A DNA stretch of 64,000 nucleotides from Lachnospiraceae bacterium. GTDB taxonomy: Bacteria > Bacillota > Clostridia > Lachnospirales > Lachnospiraceae. This document shows positions 1-10,229 of the stretch, piece by piece. Numbering within the stretch: the stretch's first letter is position 1; each line of letters begins with the position of its first letter. The DNA lies in the NCBI GenBank assembly GCA_024698885.1, contig JAILQQ010000054.1:619-64618 (forward strand), written 5' to 3'. Made by a program: the position numbers and the translations under genes. Below the pieces are notes generated by a model. The model saw nothing but the letters and a program-made list of their open reading frames with translations. It made no database searches and had not been told where the DNA came from.

Positions 1-1252
1 CTTTCGGATGGAGGCCGTCACGGGGCGGATCGAGAATGACGAGATCCGGCTTCTGTACAATCTCGTCAAGTACCTGGAGAACGTCTCCGGCAATAAAGCT
101 GCAGTTATCCAGCCCGTTTGCCGCCGCGTTCTCACGGGCCGCCTGTACCGCCTCGGGAACGATCTCGACGCCGATCACCCGCGGAGACAGATCCGCAAGC
201 TGCCTCGCCATCAGCTGCGCGATCGTGCCCGTGCCGGAATAGAGATCAAAAAGAACCGGATCAAACGGCGTCTCCCCTGTCGCGTTCACGGCTGAGAGTG
301 CCTCCTGCGCGTATTCCGCGGCTGTATCATAAACGACCTCCGCTGACAGGGTATTGGTCTGAAAGAAGGAAAAGGGCGTGATCTTAAAGCGAAGCCCCGA
401 CAGCTCCTCCTCAAAATAATCCTGTCCGTATAAAACAGTCGTATGCTCGTCCTTCACGGCATCTGCCGGCGAATCGTTGACCGTATGCAGGATTCCGACG
501 ATCCTTCCCTGGAGCTTCCTCTCAAGCAGCAGGTTTTTCCAGTCCTCTAAGAGGCTGATCTCCGTACAGATCGTTTCCGGCGGAAACTGTGAGGTTGTCA
601 CCAGATCGACTAAGAGCTCTCCGGTTTTTGCTGCCTTTCGGATCAGCAGATGTCTTAAAAAACCCTGATGCGTCCTTTTATGAAAATAAGGCGTTTCCTT
701 TCCCCGGAAATAGGAAAGCGTCTCCGTCAGGATCTGTCTATAATCATTGTCAACGATGCGGCAGTGCGGTACGGAGATCACATCATAAAAGCTGCCTTTT
801 TTGTGCAGCCCAAGCTCTAACGGTCCGTCCTTTAACGCATCTCCGAAAGAAAATTCCATTTTGTTCCGGTACCCTTGCGTCACCGGACTCCCCTTTATGC
901 CTTCAAAGACCTGGTCCGGAACGCCTGCTTCCGCAAGCAGCGCCCTGACCTGGCTCTCCTTCAGCGCAAGCTGCTCCTCATACGGCAGGTTTAACCAGGT
1001 ACAGCCCCCACAGCTGCCAAAATGCGGGCAGGGCGGATCGATCTCGGATGCCGCCCGTTTCAGGACCTCTGACAGAATTCCCTCTGTACGGCCGCCGCGC
1101 TTTTTATGCACGCGAAAGCGCACGGTCTGTCCTGTATAGGTGTCTTTTACGGTACATATTTCCTCGCCGTTCTCTGTCTCAACATGAACCTGCCCCTTAT
1201 TCGGAAATTCCACTTCCGTCACCGTTCCCGTATATTCCTGTCCCTTTTTCAT
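1..1252 (-). CDS. RumA/TrmA-family 23S rRNA (uracil-5-)-methyltransferase, 3' end truncated by window edge
   Basis: The minus-strand frame is open to position 1, so it is absent from the ORF track. ATG at 1252 follows GAGGAG with about 9 nt spacing. The N-terminus MKKGQEYTGTVTEVEFPNKGQV is TRAM-like. It carries a CPHFGSCGGC Fe-S cysteine cluster, the SAM motif DLYSGTGTIAQ and the motif ILDPPRDGLHPK. Confidence 0.85.
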   Translation of the reverse strand, partial: MKKGQEYTGTVTEVEFPNKGQVHVETENGEEICTVKDTYTGQTVRFRVHKKRGGRTEGILSEVLKRAASEIDPPCPHFGSCGGCTWLNLPYEEQLALKESQVRALLAEAGVPDQVFEGIKGSPVTQGYRNKMEFSFGDALKDGPLELGLHKKGSFYDVISVPHCRIVDNDYRQILTETLSYFRGKETPYFHKRTHQGFLRHLLIRKAAKTGELLVDLVTTSQFPPETICTEISLLEDWKNLLLERKLQGRIVGILHTVNDSPADAVKDEHTTVLYGQDYFEEELSGLRFKITPFSFFQTNTLSAEVVYDTAAEYAQEALSAVNATGETPFDPVLFDLYSGTGTIAQLMARQLADLSPRVIGVEIVPEAVQAARENAAANGLDNCSFIAGDVLQVLDEIVQKPDLVILDPPRDGLHPK

Positions 1253-1276
1253 TCCGCTTCTCTCCTCACGCGCCTT

Positions 1277-3229
1277 TTAGGCGTCCAGCTTGCAGATCTC
1301 CCTGTCATATGTCAAAATACCGTTTACCTCATCCTCCACGTCAGAGAGCTGGGTATATACCGTTGCCGAAAGCCCTTTCTGTATCTCTGGTTCTATGATG
1401 CTATCCATCAGCCGTTTATAGCGTTTCTTAAATTCCTTCGGATCACGGGCAAAAGAGTAACCATAGGTCCTTCCGGTTGCCGTATGCCCCTTTATGCGGC
1501 AGGAAATGCCGCCGAATTCCGAAAGCACGGTAGCCCTGTGCAGGCACCACTGAATATTCAGCTTCATATAATAGTAGTGCTGGCTGCGCACGTCCCCGCA
1601 GCTCTGATCGAACCAGCCGGAGGCCGCGTCAATCAGCCTCGTCGGATCGGCTTCCTTAAGCCGCTTCGCCAGGCGCTTTGCGTCAAACTGTCCCCAGCCC
1701 TCATTAAAAATGACCCAGGTCGAAATGCAGGGGTGATTATAAAGGAGTTCCGCCGTTTCCACCATTTCTCTCTCAAACTCCCGCCTGCCGGCTTTCTCGG
1801 TGCGCGACAGCAGATAGTAGCAGTTATCGAAAATGCGGTATCTAAACTGGTTAAAGGCAGTGGCCATATAGGTGACAAACCAGAACTTGTATTTTCCGCC
1901 GCCGTTCACCATATCCTGCCACACCGTCATACCGATCCGGTCGCAGTGATAATAAAACCGGTCCGGTTCTATCTTCAGATGCTTTCTGAGCATATTAAAG
2001 CCAAGCTCCTTCATCTTCAGGATATCATATATAAAGGCCAGATCGTGCGGCGCTGTATAGAGTCCCTCCGGCCAGTAGCCCTGGTCGAGGACCCCCTTCT
2101 GGAAAAAAGGCTTATGGTTCAGGCAGATCCGCGGATGACTTTTTACCTCCTCATACAGCATCTCAAACAGATCGCCTTTTTTTGCTTCCCTGACAAGAGT
2201 CCGGAAGGTACCCCCGGAAAAGTCTTCCGTAAACGCCTGCCGCTCCACGCTGAAGGAACGGAACGCAAAATACCCAAGCACCGTATCCGCGCCGGCTTTC
2301 AGCTTAAAATAATACAGATACGGCGTTTCCGGGCTCCAGAGCCGTCTGTTTTTTACGGTGAAGGAGAGCAGAGCCACATGTCCGTCACTGCCGGTCCGCA
2401 GTTCAGAAAGCAGAGCATCCCCGGAAAGACTGTCATAGTCCCTGTCGCGAAAGCATTCCGCGGTATACGCTTCCGCCGATCTGCAGTCCTCTGCGGATAC
2501 GGCCGGGGTCGAAAGCTCATCAAGGTATGCTTCCCTGACCTGAACGGAGAGCGCCTGGTTTTGCCGGTGCTTTTCCTCTTTGCCGTTAAAGTGAACCCTC
2601 ATTTCCACACGCCCTGTCTCCGCATCAGGTGTGATGGTATATCGGATTACATAACATCTTGGTGCGCATTCCATCCAGACGCTCTGCCAGATGCCGCTCT
2701 GTGCCGTATAAAACATACCGCCACGCTTCAAACACTGCTTTCCCCGGCTATGGTAAGAGGTATCGGACAAATCCTTTACGCAGACAGAAAGCAGGAAGTC
2801 AGACATCTCGTGGTTTACATAATCTGTCAAATCAACGGTAAACGGTAAATACCCGCCCATGTGTCTGCCGGCCGGCTTTTGGTTTACATAAATCTTGCAC
2901 ATCTGATCCACTGCTCCAAAATGCAAAAGGAGCCGTTTATCGCTCCCGTAATCCGCAGGCACCGCGACTGTACGCTCATACCAGAGATATTCTCCCGGCC
3001 TGAGCTGCCTTTCCATCCCGGAAAGACTGCTTTCCGGAGAAAACGGCACAAGGATTTCCCCTTCATAGCGCACGGCCGAGGGATCCGTATGGTTTACGGC
3101 GCTGATGCCATAACGCCACCTGCCGTTTAAGTTTACATAACTTTTTCTCTTCATCTGCGGCCTGGGATGCTCCGTTAATACCCGGTCTTCATTAAGCTCC
3201 CGGCCCCATTTCGTATATAATGGTATCAT
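1277..3229 (-). CDS. Glycoside hydrolase family 2 (beta-galactosidase/beta-glucuronidase-like)
   Basis: The long ORF is 1277..3280. It has the GH2-type motif NHPCISTWVIFNEGWGQ and an N-terminal PRPQ...LNGRW sugar-binding region. I prefer the MIPLYTKWG start at 3229, behind GGGAGAG, over the maximal ORF start at 3280. Confidence 0.85.
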   Translation of the reverse strand: MIPLYTKWGRELNEDRVLTEHPRPQMKRKSYVNLNGRWRYGISAVNHTDPSAVRYEGEILVPFSPESSLSGMERQLRPGEYLWYERTVAVPADYGSDKRLLLHFGAVDQMCKIYVNQKPAGRHMGGYLPFTVDLTDYVNHEMSDFLLSVCVKDLSDTSYHSRGKQCLKRGGMFYTAQSGIWQSVWMECAPRCYVIRYTITPDAETGRVEMRVHFNGKEEKHRQNQALSVQVREAYLDELSTPAVSAEDCRSAEAYTAECFRDRDYDSLSGDALLSELRTGSDGHVALLSFTVKNRRLWSPETPYLYYFKLKAGADTVLGYFAFRSFSVERQAFTEDFSGGTFRTLVREAKKGDLFEMLYEEVKSHPRICLNHKPFFQKGVLDQGYWPEGLYTAPHDLAFIYDILKMKELGFNMLRKHLKIEPDRFYYHCDRIGMTVWQDMVNGGGKYKFWFVTYMATAFNQFRYRIFDNCYYLLSRTEKAGRREFEREMVETAELLYNHPCISTWVIFNEGWGQFDAKRLAKRLKEADPTRLIDAASGWFDQSCGDVRSQHYYYMKLNIQWCLHRATVLSEFGGISCRIKGHTATGRTYGYSFARDPKEFKKRYKRLMDSIIEPEIQKGLSATVYTQLSDVEDEVNGILTYDREICKLDA

Positions 3230-3320
3230 GTCCTTTCTCTCCCTGTGCTTGACGTCCGCTCCTTTTATATATATACTCAAATCCGGTATTTTTTAATGGC
3301 AAGTAACTGCAGGAGACCCT

Positions 3321-4070
3321 ATGGAAAAAAACTCTGACCGCCTGTATCTGCTGGACGCGCTGCGCGGTTTCGTCGTTCTCATGATGATCGCCTTCCATTT
3401 CTGCTATGATTATTTCGTGATCTTCGGCGGGAACTATGAATGGCCGCTAAAACGCAGCATTTTTATCTGGGAACAGTCGATCTGCTGCTCCTTCAACCTG
3501 ATCTCCGGCTTTGTATGGCGTTTTGGAAAAAAGAACTGTATAAGACGCGGCGTGATCGTTAATCTCTGCGGTTTTGCCGTTACTTTCGCGACCTTGCTGA
3601 TCATGCCTGAAATGCCGATCCTTTACGGCGTTCTGACCTTCTTGGGCTGCGCCATGATCCTGATGCTGCCGCTTTCAAAGCTCCTGGACCGGCTGCCGGC
3701 GCTTCCCGGAGTCCTGATCTCCTTAGCCCTGTTTCTGGCCACCTTCTGCATCCCCCGCGGCGGACTCGGATTCTATGACCATCTCCTGTTCCCACTTCCG
3801 CAGGCACTGTATCACTCTGCTCTGCTTACGCCCCTTGGTTTTCCGTATATCGGCTTCTATTCCAGCGACTATTTTCCGCTGATCCCCTGGATCTTTCTCT
3901 ATATCTGCGGCTATTTTCTGAACAGGCTCCTTCTCGCGAAGGAATCCGTCACGCGCTTTCTGACGTATCGCATTCCTCCTCTTGAATGGATCGGCCGCCA
4001 CAGTCTCCTCCTCTACATGCTGCATCAGCCCGTCTGCTACGGTGTCTGTCTGCTGCTCTTTCACGCCTGA
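3321..4070 (+). CDS. DUF1624 / heparan-alpha-glucosaminide N-acetyltransferase-like membrane protein
   Basis: 249-aa polytopic membrane ORF. Its N-terminus RLYLLDALRGFVVLMMIAFHF is typical of this acyltransferase-like family. It is divergent from the GH2 gene. Confidence 0.6.
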   Translation: MEKNSDRLYLLDALRGFVVLMMIAFHFCYDYFVIFGGNYEWPLKRSIFIWEQSICCSFNLISGFVWRFGKKNCIRRGVIVNLCGFAVTFATLLIMPEMPILYGVLTFLGCAMILMLPLSKLLDRLPALPGVLISLALFLATFCIPRGGLGFYDHLLFPLPQALYHSALLTPLGFPYIGFYSSDYFPLIPWIFLYICGYFLNRLLLAKESVTRFLTYRIPPLEWIGRHSLLLYMLHQPVCYGVCLLLFHA

Positions 4071-4075
4071 ACCGC

Positions 4076-6421
4076 TTAGGATAAAACCATCCCGATCAGC
4101 CTGACAAAAAGCGCGGCGACCCAGGCCACCATACACTGCCAGAGTACGACATACAGGGCCCATTTCCTGCCCAGTTCCCTGCGGATCGAAGCCACCGCCG
4201 CCACACAGGGCGTATATAACAGGCTGAAAATCAAAAGCGAAGCCGCCGTCAGGGAGCTGATCGCCGCCGTGACGCCGCCCTCATCACCAAACAGGACCTC
4301 CAGCACGGAAACCACGCTTTCCTTTGCCATAAAACCGCTGATCAAAGAGGTGACGATCCTCCAGTCGCCCAACCCGACCGGTGTAAAAAGAGGCACCAGG
4401 ACCCCCGAGATCATCGCTAAAATACTGTCATGCGAATCCGTTACGATATTGAAGCGGTAATCAAAGCTCTTTAAAAACCATACGACGATCGTCGCGATCA
4501 GGATGATGGAAAAGGCTCTCTGCAGGAAATCCTTGGCCTTTTCCCAGAGAAGCTGAGTCACATTGCGGATGCTCGGCAGCCGGTAATTCGGAAGCTCCAT
4601 CACAAAGGGAACCGCCTCACCCCTGAAAAACGTTTTCTTATAAAGGATCGCCGCCAGTATTCCCAATACCACCCCGCACACATACAGACCGGTCATAATA
4701 AGCGCCTTGTTCCGCGAAAAGAACGCATCCACGAAGAACGCGTAGATCGGGAGCTTTGCCGTGCAGCTCATAAAGGGCGTCAGCAGGATCGTCATTTTTC
4801 TGTCCCGCTCACTGGGCAGCGTGCGCGAGGACATGACCGCCGGAACCGTACAGCCGAACCCGATCAGTAACGGAACGATACTGCGCCCCGACAATCCGAG
4901 CTTTCGCAGAAGCTTATCCATAAAAAAGGCGACCCGCGCGATGTAGCCGCTGTCCTCAAGCAGCGACAGAAAGAAAAACATCGTGACGATGATCGGCAGG
5001 AAGCTGAGCACGCTTCCCACCCCTTCGAAAATACCGTCGACCACTAACGCATGCAGCACAGCGTTCACATCATATTTCGTCAGCAGTTCATCGACCAGTC
5101 CGGTCAATGTCTCGATCCCTGCGGCCATCAGATCCTGAAGCCAGGCCCCGATCACATGAAAGGTCAGATAGAATACAAGCCCCATCATCCCGAAGAAGAT
5201 CGGAATGGCAGTGTATTTTCCCGTCAGAAGGCTGTCGATCCTCCGGCTTCTCATATGCTCTCTGCTTTCCTGCGGCTTCGTGACGCAGGCGTCGCAGACC
5301 TTCATGATAAAGGAAAAGCGCATGTCCGCGATGGCAGCGCTGCCATCCAGTCCCCGCTCCCGCTCCATCTGAAGGGTGATATGCTCCAGGGTCTCCTTTT
5401 CGTTCTGATCGAGCGCCAGCTGATTTAGGATCAGCTCGTCCCCCTCGATCAGCTTGCTGGCGGCAAACCGCACGGGGAGCCCTGCTGCCGCGGCATGATC
5501 CTCGATCAGATGGATCACGGCATGCAGGCAGCGGTGAACGGCGCCGCCATGCTCGCTCTGATCGCAGAAATCCTGGCGGGACGGTTTCTCCTGATACTTT
5601 GCGATATGAAGGGCATGCTCCACCAGCTCGTGAATACCCTCATTTTTCGCCGCCGAGATCGGAACCACCGGTGCGCCCAGCATAGCCTCCATGGTATTGA
5701 CATCGATGGAGCCGCCGTTTCCCGTCATCTCATCCATCATATTCAGGGCTACCACCACCGGAATGTCCATCTCTAAAAGCTGCATGGTCAGATAAAGATT
5801 CCGCTCAATATTTGTCGCGTCCACGATATTGACCACGGCCTTCGGCTTCTCCTGCAGCACAAAATCCCGGGAAACCAGCTCCTCCTTCGAATACGGAGAC
5901 ATGGAATAGATCCCGGGCAGATCGGTAATGGACGTATTCTCAAGATGCAGGATCATGCCGTCCTTGCGGTCCACGGTAACTCCCGGAAAGTTACCGACAT
6001 GCTGTCTGGACCCGGTCAGCTGGTTAAATAACGTAGTCTTGCCGCTGTTCTGATTCCCCACTAACGCAAAGGTGAGCAGCGTCCCCTCCGGAAGGGGCGT
6101 CCCGCTCCCCTTCGGATGAAACCGCCCTCCCTCGCCGAGGCCCGGGTGCTCCTTCTTTTTTTCCGCCGCTTTCTTATTCGTCGGAAAGGCAGGATCCTGA
6201 AGGGGCTTAACTTCAATCTCTGCGGCATCATCAAGCCTGAGCGTCAGCTCATATCCGTGCACCTGGATCTCCACCGGATCTCCCATCGGCGCGTATTTAA
6301 CAGTCGTTACCTCTGCGCCCGGAATAATGCCCATATCGAGAAAATGCTGTCTGAGCGCGCCGTCTCCTCCTACCGCAGTCACGACGGCGCTTTGGGAAAC
6401 CTCCAGCTCTTTAAGCGTCAT
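4076..6421 (-). CDS. feoB: Ferrous iron transporter FeoB with N-terminal FeoA domain fusion
   Basis: The first ~75 aa are FeoA-like. G-domain motifs GNQNSGKTTLFN, DLPG and NMMD are followed by a polytopic membrane domain. GAGGAGAG lies upstream of the ATG at 6421. Confidence 0.95.
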   Translation of the reverse strand: MTLKELEVSQSAVVTAVGGDGALRQHFLDMGIIPGAEVTTVKYAPMGDPVEIQVHGYELTLRLDDAAEIEVKPLQDPAFPTNKKAAEKKKEHPGLGEGGRFHPKGSGTPLPEGTLLTFALVGNQNSGKTTLFNQLTGSRQHVGNFPGVTVDRKDGMILHLENTSITDLPGIYSMSPYSKEELVSRDFVLQEKPKAVVNIVDATNIERNLYLTMQLLEMDIPVVVALNMMDEMTGNGGSIDVNTMEAMLGAPVVPISAAKNEGIHELVEHALHIAKYQEKPSRQDFCDQSEHGGAVHRCLHAVIHLIEDHAAAAGLPVRFAASKLIEGDELILNQLALDQNEKETLEHITLQMERERGLDGSAAIADMRFSFIMKVCDACVTKPQESREHMRSRRIDSLLTGKYTAIPIFFGMMGLVFYLTFHVIGAWLQDLMAAGIETLTGLVDELLTKYDVNAVLHALVVDGIFEGVGSVLSFLPIIVTMFFFLSLLEDSGYIARVAFFMDKLLRKLGLSGRSIVPLLIGFGCTVPAVMSSRTLPSERDRKMTILLTPFMSCTAKLPIYAFFVDAFFSRNKALIMTGLYVCGVVLGILAAILYKKTFFRGEAVPFVMELPNYRLPSIRNVTQLLWEKAKDFLQRAFSIILIATIVVWFLKSFDYRFNIVTDSHDSILAMISGVLVPLFTPVGLGDWRIVTSLISGFMAKESVVSVLEVLFGDEGGVTAAISSLTAASLLIFSLLYTPCVAAVASIRRELGRKWALYVVLWQCMVAWVAALFVRLIGMVLS

Positions 6422-6437
6422 CCGTCATTCTCTCCTC

Positions 6438-7400
6438 TCAAAATCGAAATCCCGCTTTAAAAGCAGGTGAAGCAAAGGCTTTTTCATAATCGGCCAGCTC
6501 ATAGAATTCCACAGGCGGAAAGCTGACCCGTTCCTCCTTTAAAAGCTTGAGCGCCGGCTCAAACGGCCCGCAGCGGCTGCCAACGAGCGTAACCTCATTG
6601 ACCGGGAACAGACTCATATCGACCTTTGTCTGTCCCGCATAGGTGCTTTTCAGAATAATGGTCCCCATCTTCCGCACGAGGTGAAACGCCATCGCAAGGC
6701 CGGTTTCATTCCCGGTGGCATCGATCACATATTCAAAGCATTCCTCTGCCGTAAGAGGCTTCAGCTCTTCACCTTCGTAATAATCCGTGCTGAGAGCCGT
6801 ATCGGCAAAGGGTTCAAACATCCGAAGCTTCTCCGGATGGCGTCCGATCACCGTCAGGCGGATCCCGGTCAGCGCGAGGACCTGCGCGATCATAAAGGCA
6901 AGCCGTCCGTCTCCGATAATGGCCGCGTTTAACGCCGGATCGATCTTTACCTGTCTGACGATCTCAAGCGCCGCCGCGAGGGGCTCCGTAAAAACAGCCT
7001 TCTCAGGCATCAGTCCTTCCGGAACCGGATGCAGCAGATGATCGGCAAGCGTCATATATTCCGCAAAGCAGCCGTCCACCGACATACCGATCACACGCCG
7101 GGACAGACAGTGCTTTTCTCTGCCGGTACGGCAGTAAAGACAGGTCCCGCAGCCCTCATTCAGCTCTCCGGCTACGAGGCTTCCGACAAGCTCCTTCCGG
7201 CCGCTCTCCACCACCTCTCCGACAAATTCATGGCCCATGATCCCCCGAAAGTCCGGCCGGTAGCCCTTTAAGATCTCCCGGTCCGTATTGCAGATATTCG
7301 CGTATTTCACCCGGATCAGACTATGGCCCTCCTTCGGAACAGGCCTGTCGGCATCTGTCCGGTAAACTGCCTTCTGTCCGTCAAAATAAAGTGCCTTCAT
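6438..7400 (-). CDS. Zinc-dependent alcohol dehydrogenase family oxidoreductase
   Basis: GHEFVGEV catalytic Zn motif and CGTCLYCRTGREKHC structural Zn cluster. The MKALYFDG start at 7400 sits 6 nt behind AGGAGG. The ORF-track start at 7421 is probably an over-extension. Confidence 0.85.
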   Translation of the reverse strand: MKALYFDGQKAVYRTDADRPVPKEGHSLIRVKYANICNTDREILKGYRPDFRGIMGHEFVGEVVESGRKELVGSLVAGELNEGCGTCLYCRTGREKHCLSRRVIGMSVDGCFAEYMTLADHLLHPVPEGLMPEKAVFTEPLAAALEIVRQVKIDPALNAAIIGDGRLAFMIAQVLALTGIRLTVIGRHPEKLRMFEPFADTALSTDYYEGEELKPLTAEECFEYVIDATGNETGLAMAFHLVRKMGTIILKSTYAGQTKVDMSLFPVNEVTLVGSRCGPFEPALKLLKEERVSFPPVEFYELADYEKAFASPAFKAGFRF

Positions 7401-7518
7401 ATGCGTCCTCCTTCTGACCATTTCCTATTGTACAATGGTTACCAAAAAAAGAGAAGATTTATTCCGCTCAAATGAACATATCTCCTTCTTTTGCTTATTT
7501 CTCTGGCTATTATCCTTA

Positions 7519-7527
7519 TGTTATAAT
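7519..7527 (+). promoter_or_regulatory. Putative extended -10 (TGtTATAAT) for the chemotaxis receptor gene
   Basis: TGTTATAAT at 7519..7527 lies about 130 nt upstream of the MCP start. The -35 is weak (TTCTCT at 17 nt spacing). Confidence 0.35.
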
Positions 7528-7655
7528 AGAATAGACTTATATCATGATTGAGGCTTCAAAAGTCACATCGTTCGGGGGTGTACAATTTTCAGGAAAGACT
7601 GAGCAGATCAACGTTTCCTTATGGAAATCATAAAAACCGCGAAAAGGAGTTAGCT

Positions 7656-9713
7656 ATGAAATTCAAAAAAATCAGTTCCCGTATGCTGGCCATCATCGTT
7701 CCGATCCTGATCCTGTCCATGGGGGTTATGACCGTGATCAGTGTCAGGGATTCCAGCAGCACGATCACCGAACAGATCAACGAACGCATGACCTCCGAGC
7801 TGAACGCGGCCGAGAAAGGCATCGAAGAAAGCCTGTCAGGCGTGACCGCCATGGCGGAAACCATCTCCGGCGCCGTAAGCTCCACCTATAAGGCGATGGG
7901 ATTGCCGTCCTTTGAAAAAATGTTAGCGGGGATCATCACAAGCAATGATATGGTCTTAGGCAGCGGCCTCTGGTTTGAGCCCTTTGCCTATAACAAAAAT
8001 AAGGAATATGTAGGCCCCTACATCTATAAAGACGGCGGTTCTACCGTCGTGACCTATGATTATGAGGGCCCGGAATATGACTATTTCTCCCAGGAATACT
8101 ATACGGCACCGAAGGCATCCAAAAAAACGGTCATTACGGATCCGTATTACGACCCGACCTCCGGTATCGTCATGTCCTCCTGCTCAACGCCGATCATCAA
8201 TGACAAGAGTGAATATGTAGGCTGTGTCACAGTCGATATGGAGCTTTCCTCGATATCGGAGCTGGTGGAAGGGATCAAGGTCGGAAAAAACGGCAATGCG
8301 ATCCTCCTTGACTCAAACGGCATCTTCTTAGCCGGTGTGTCCGGGGATAAGATCGAAGCCGCCGCCAATATCCAGAACGAGAGCAATGCGTCTCTGGCAG
8401 CCGCCGGAAAGCTGATCATGTCAAACGAAAAAGGCTCCACGACCTATACCTCTGCAGAGTTTGGTCTGGAGGATATCTACTATACAACGATACCCGCCAC
8501 GGGCTGGAAGGTCATGATCCAGATGCCGCGTTCCGAAACACAGGCGCCGGTAAAGCAGCTGGCCCTCATCATGATCGTCATCGCCGCGGCGTTTATCATT
8601 CTCGAAATACTGATCGTCATCCTGCAGGTACGGAGTATCGCCAAGAGCATCGGCAAGGTGAAGAATTTCGCCGGGACGCTCGCGGAGGGTGATTTCACGG
8701 TTTCACCGATCGAGGTCAGATCTGTCGACGAGCTGGGTGTCATGAGTACCTCCTTAAACGACATGTATGACAGCAACAAGGGCGTGATCAGCAGTATCGC
8801 CGACTATTCGAAGGAGATCGATGAAGCCAGCAGACGCCTGTCTGACTCGTCCAACGAATTAAACGATCAGTTTGATACCATCCAGAATCAGATGCACAAT
8901 GTAAACGGCGCCATGATGACCACAAGCGCCGCGACACAGGAAGTGAACGCTTCCACAGAAGAAGTGCTTTCCAACGTGAACCTCTTGGCCGGAGAAGCGG
9001 AATCCTGCATGGAGATGAGCCGCGAGATCATGGAACGCGCGGGCGACATCGAGCAGAAGAGCCGCAAGTCCTTTGATGAAGCGCAGAAGCTGACCACCGA
9101 GTTCTCCGAGAGGCTGGCGGAAAGCATCAAAAACGCGGAGGTCGTCGATACGATCAGCATGATGGCAGACGATATCTCCGGTATCGCGGGGCAGGTCAAT
9201 CTGCTTTCGTTAAACGCCTCCATCGAAGCGGCCAGAGCCGGAGACGCCGGCAGAGGCTTCGCGGTAGTCGCGACCGAGATCGGAAATCTGGCAGGCTCCA
9301 CCTCGGAAACCGTTTCCAGGATCCAGGAAACGATCCGGCAGGTGCAGGACGCCTTCGGGGAATTAAAGGATTCCGCCGGCGGGATCCTCGATTTCGTACA
9401 GAATACGGTGGCGCCGGATTATGATAACTTTGTCAGCGTAGCCGAGCAGTACGGAAATGACGCCAAGAGCTTCGAGAATGCCAGCAGCAAGATCTCCCAG
9501 ATGTCTGACAATATCAAGTCCATCATGAGCGAGGTGACGGACGCGGTACAGAATATCGCGGAAGCGACTCAGGATACGACGGATATCAGCTCACAGATCA
9601 TGAGCTCCATCGAAACAGCCTCCGAGCAGATCACGGATGTTTCCTGCATGTCCTCCTCGCAGCAGCAGATCGCTGACAGCCTGGCGGATACCGTCGGTAA
9701 GTTCAAACTGTAA
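7656..9713 (+). CDS. Methyl-accepting chemotaxis protein (Cache-like sensor, HAMP, signalling domain)
   Basis: The [15 protein letters not shown] start at 7656 follows AAAAGGAG. A transmembrane segment, a ~280-aa extracellular domain, a second transmembrane segment and a HAMP region are present. The signalling hairpin [31 protein letters not shown] is conserved. Confidence 0.93.
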   Translation: MKFKKISSRMLAIIVPILILSMGVMTVISVRDSSSTITEQINERMTSELNAAEKGIEESLSGVTAMAETISGAVSSTYKAMGLPSFEKMLAGIITSNDMVLGSGLWFEPFAYNKNKEYVGPYIYKDGGSTVVTYDYEGPEYDYFSQEYYTAPKASKKTVITDPYYDPTSGIVMSSCSTPIINDKSEYVGCVTVDMELSSISELVEGIKVGKNGNAILLDSNGIFLAGVSGDKIEAAANIQNESNASLAAAGKLIMSNEKGSTTYTSAEFGLEDIYYTTIPATGWKVMIQMPRSETQAPVKQLALIMIVIAAAFIILEILIVILQVRSIAKSIGKVKNFAGTLAEGDFTVSPIEVRSVDELGVMSTSLNDMYDSNKGVISSIADYSKEIDEASRRLSDSSNELNDQFDTIQNQMHNVNGAMMTTSAATQEVNASTEEVLSNVNLLAGEAESCMEMSREIMERAGDIEQKSRKSFDEAQKLTTEFSERLAESIKNAEVVDTISMMADDISGIAGQVNLLSLNASIEAARAGDAGRGFAVVATEIGNLAGSTSETVSRIQETIRQVQDAFGELKDSAGGILDFVQNTVAPDYDNFVSVAEQYGNDAKSFENASSKISQMSDNIKSIMSEVTDAVQNIAEATQDTTDISSQIMSSIETASEQITDVSCMSSSQQQIADSLADTVGKFKL

Positions 9714-9715
9714 GT

Positions 9716-9755
9716 TTGCGCCGATCCGGTCGGATCCTCCGACCGGATCATTTCC
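9716..9755 (-). repeat. Intergenic hairpin repeat (H3-type module with GATCATTTCC tail)
   Basis: TTGCGCCGATCCGGTCGGATCCTCCGACCGGATCATTTCC. The stem GATCCGGTCGGA/TCCGACCGGATC belongs to the repeat family described in the findings. Confidence 0.7.
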
Positions 9756-9771
9756 GCATTCCACACATAAT

Positions 9772-9811
9772 AAAAGCGCCCGGATCTCATTTCAAAGATC
9801 CGGGCGCTTTT
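9772..9811. terminator. Bidirectional rho-independent terminator between convergent genes
   Basis: AAAAGCGCCCGGATC (10-nt loop) GATCCGGGCGCTTTT gives a perfect 11-bp GC-rich stem. It is flanked by an A-tract and a T-tract, so it can serve both strands. Confidence 0.85.
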
Positions 9812-9832
9812 CATATCATTATTTTTTTGTCG

Positions 9833-10087
9833 TTAGGAATCTATCTCCCCGCGGGCCTGCTGTACCTGCGTCCAGTTGACTATCATCCGGTTCTGTCCCG
9901 CCAGATGCGCCAGCGCATCAGCCTTGGTCTCATAAGCATCTATCTTATGGCCGTCGTGATCATCAAGCACCTCCCAGTGTTTTACCGGATCCGCCCCGGC
10001 TATTTCCGAGGAATCAAATAACATCCCGCCGGCTACCTTTCCCATTTCCTCTTCGCTTAATGCATTCTTCATTAAATTCTCATTCAT
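9833..10087 (-). CDS. Small secreted-peptide precursor candidate with double-glycine leader
   Basis: The 84-aa ORF starts at MNENLMKNALSEEEMGKVAGG. GGAGGG lies 7 nt upstream. The gene has its own promoter and terminator. The leader matches the LSxxELxxIxGG pattern, with hydrophobic residues at -4, -7 and -12 and Glu at -8. Confidence 0.6.
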   Translation of the reverse strand: MNENLMKNALSEEEMGKVAGGMLFDSSEIAGADPVKHWEVLDDHDGHKIDAYETKADALAHLAGQNRMIVNWTQVQQARGEIDS

Positions 10088-10174
10088 GGCCTTACCCTCC
10101 TCTTCTATATTTCCGGGAGTCTCTCCCGGAATTTCTCCCGGGGAAAACATCTCTTGTTTTGCTCTTTCTGTTTA

Positions 10175-10203
10175 TTTATACGCAATATTTATGGCATTGG
10201 CAA
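10175..10203 (-). promoter_or_regulatory. Sigma-A-type promoter for the GG-leader peptide gene
   Basis: On the minus strand, TTGCCA (10203..10198), a 17-nt spacer, then TATAAA (10180..10175). Confidence 0.5.
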
Positions 10204-10229
10204 CATTTTTTATAAATAACATTTGCTAT

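Noticed and set aside
1106-2848. A 580-aa plus-strand ORF, the longest plus-strand ORF in the first 3 kb.
   Set aside because: It is entirely antisense to the GH2 gene, which has clear family motifs. Its own translation is low-complexity and Arg/Leu/Pro-rich with no motif. Long antisense ORFs are expected in GC-rich coding DNA.
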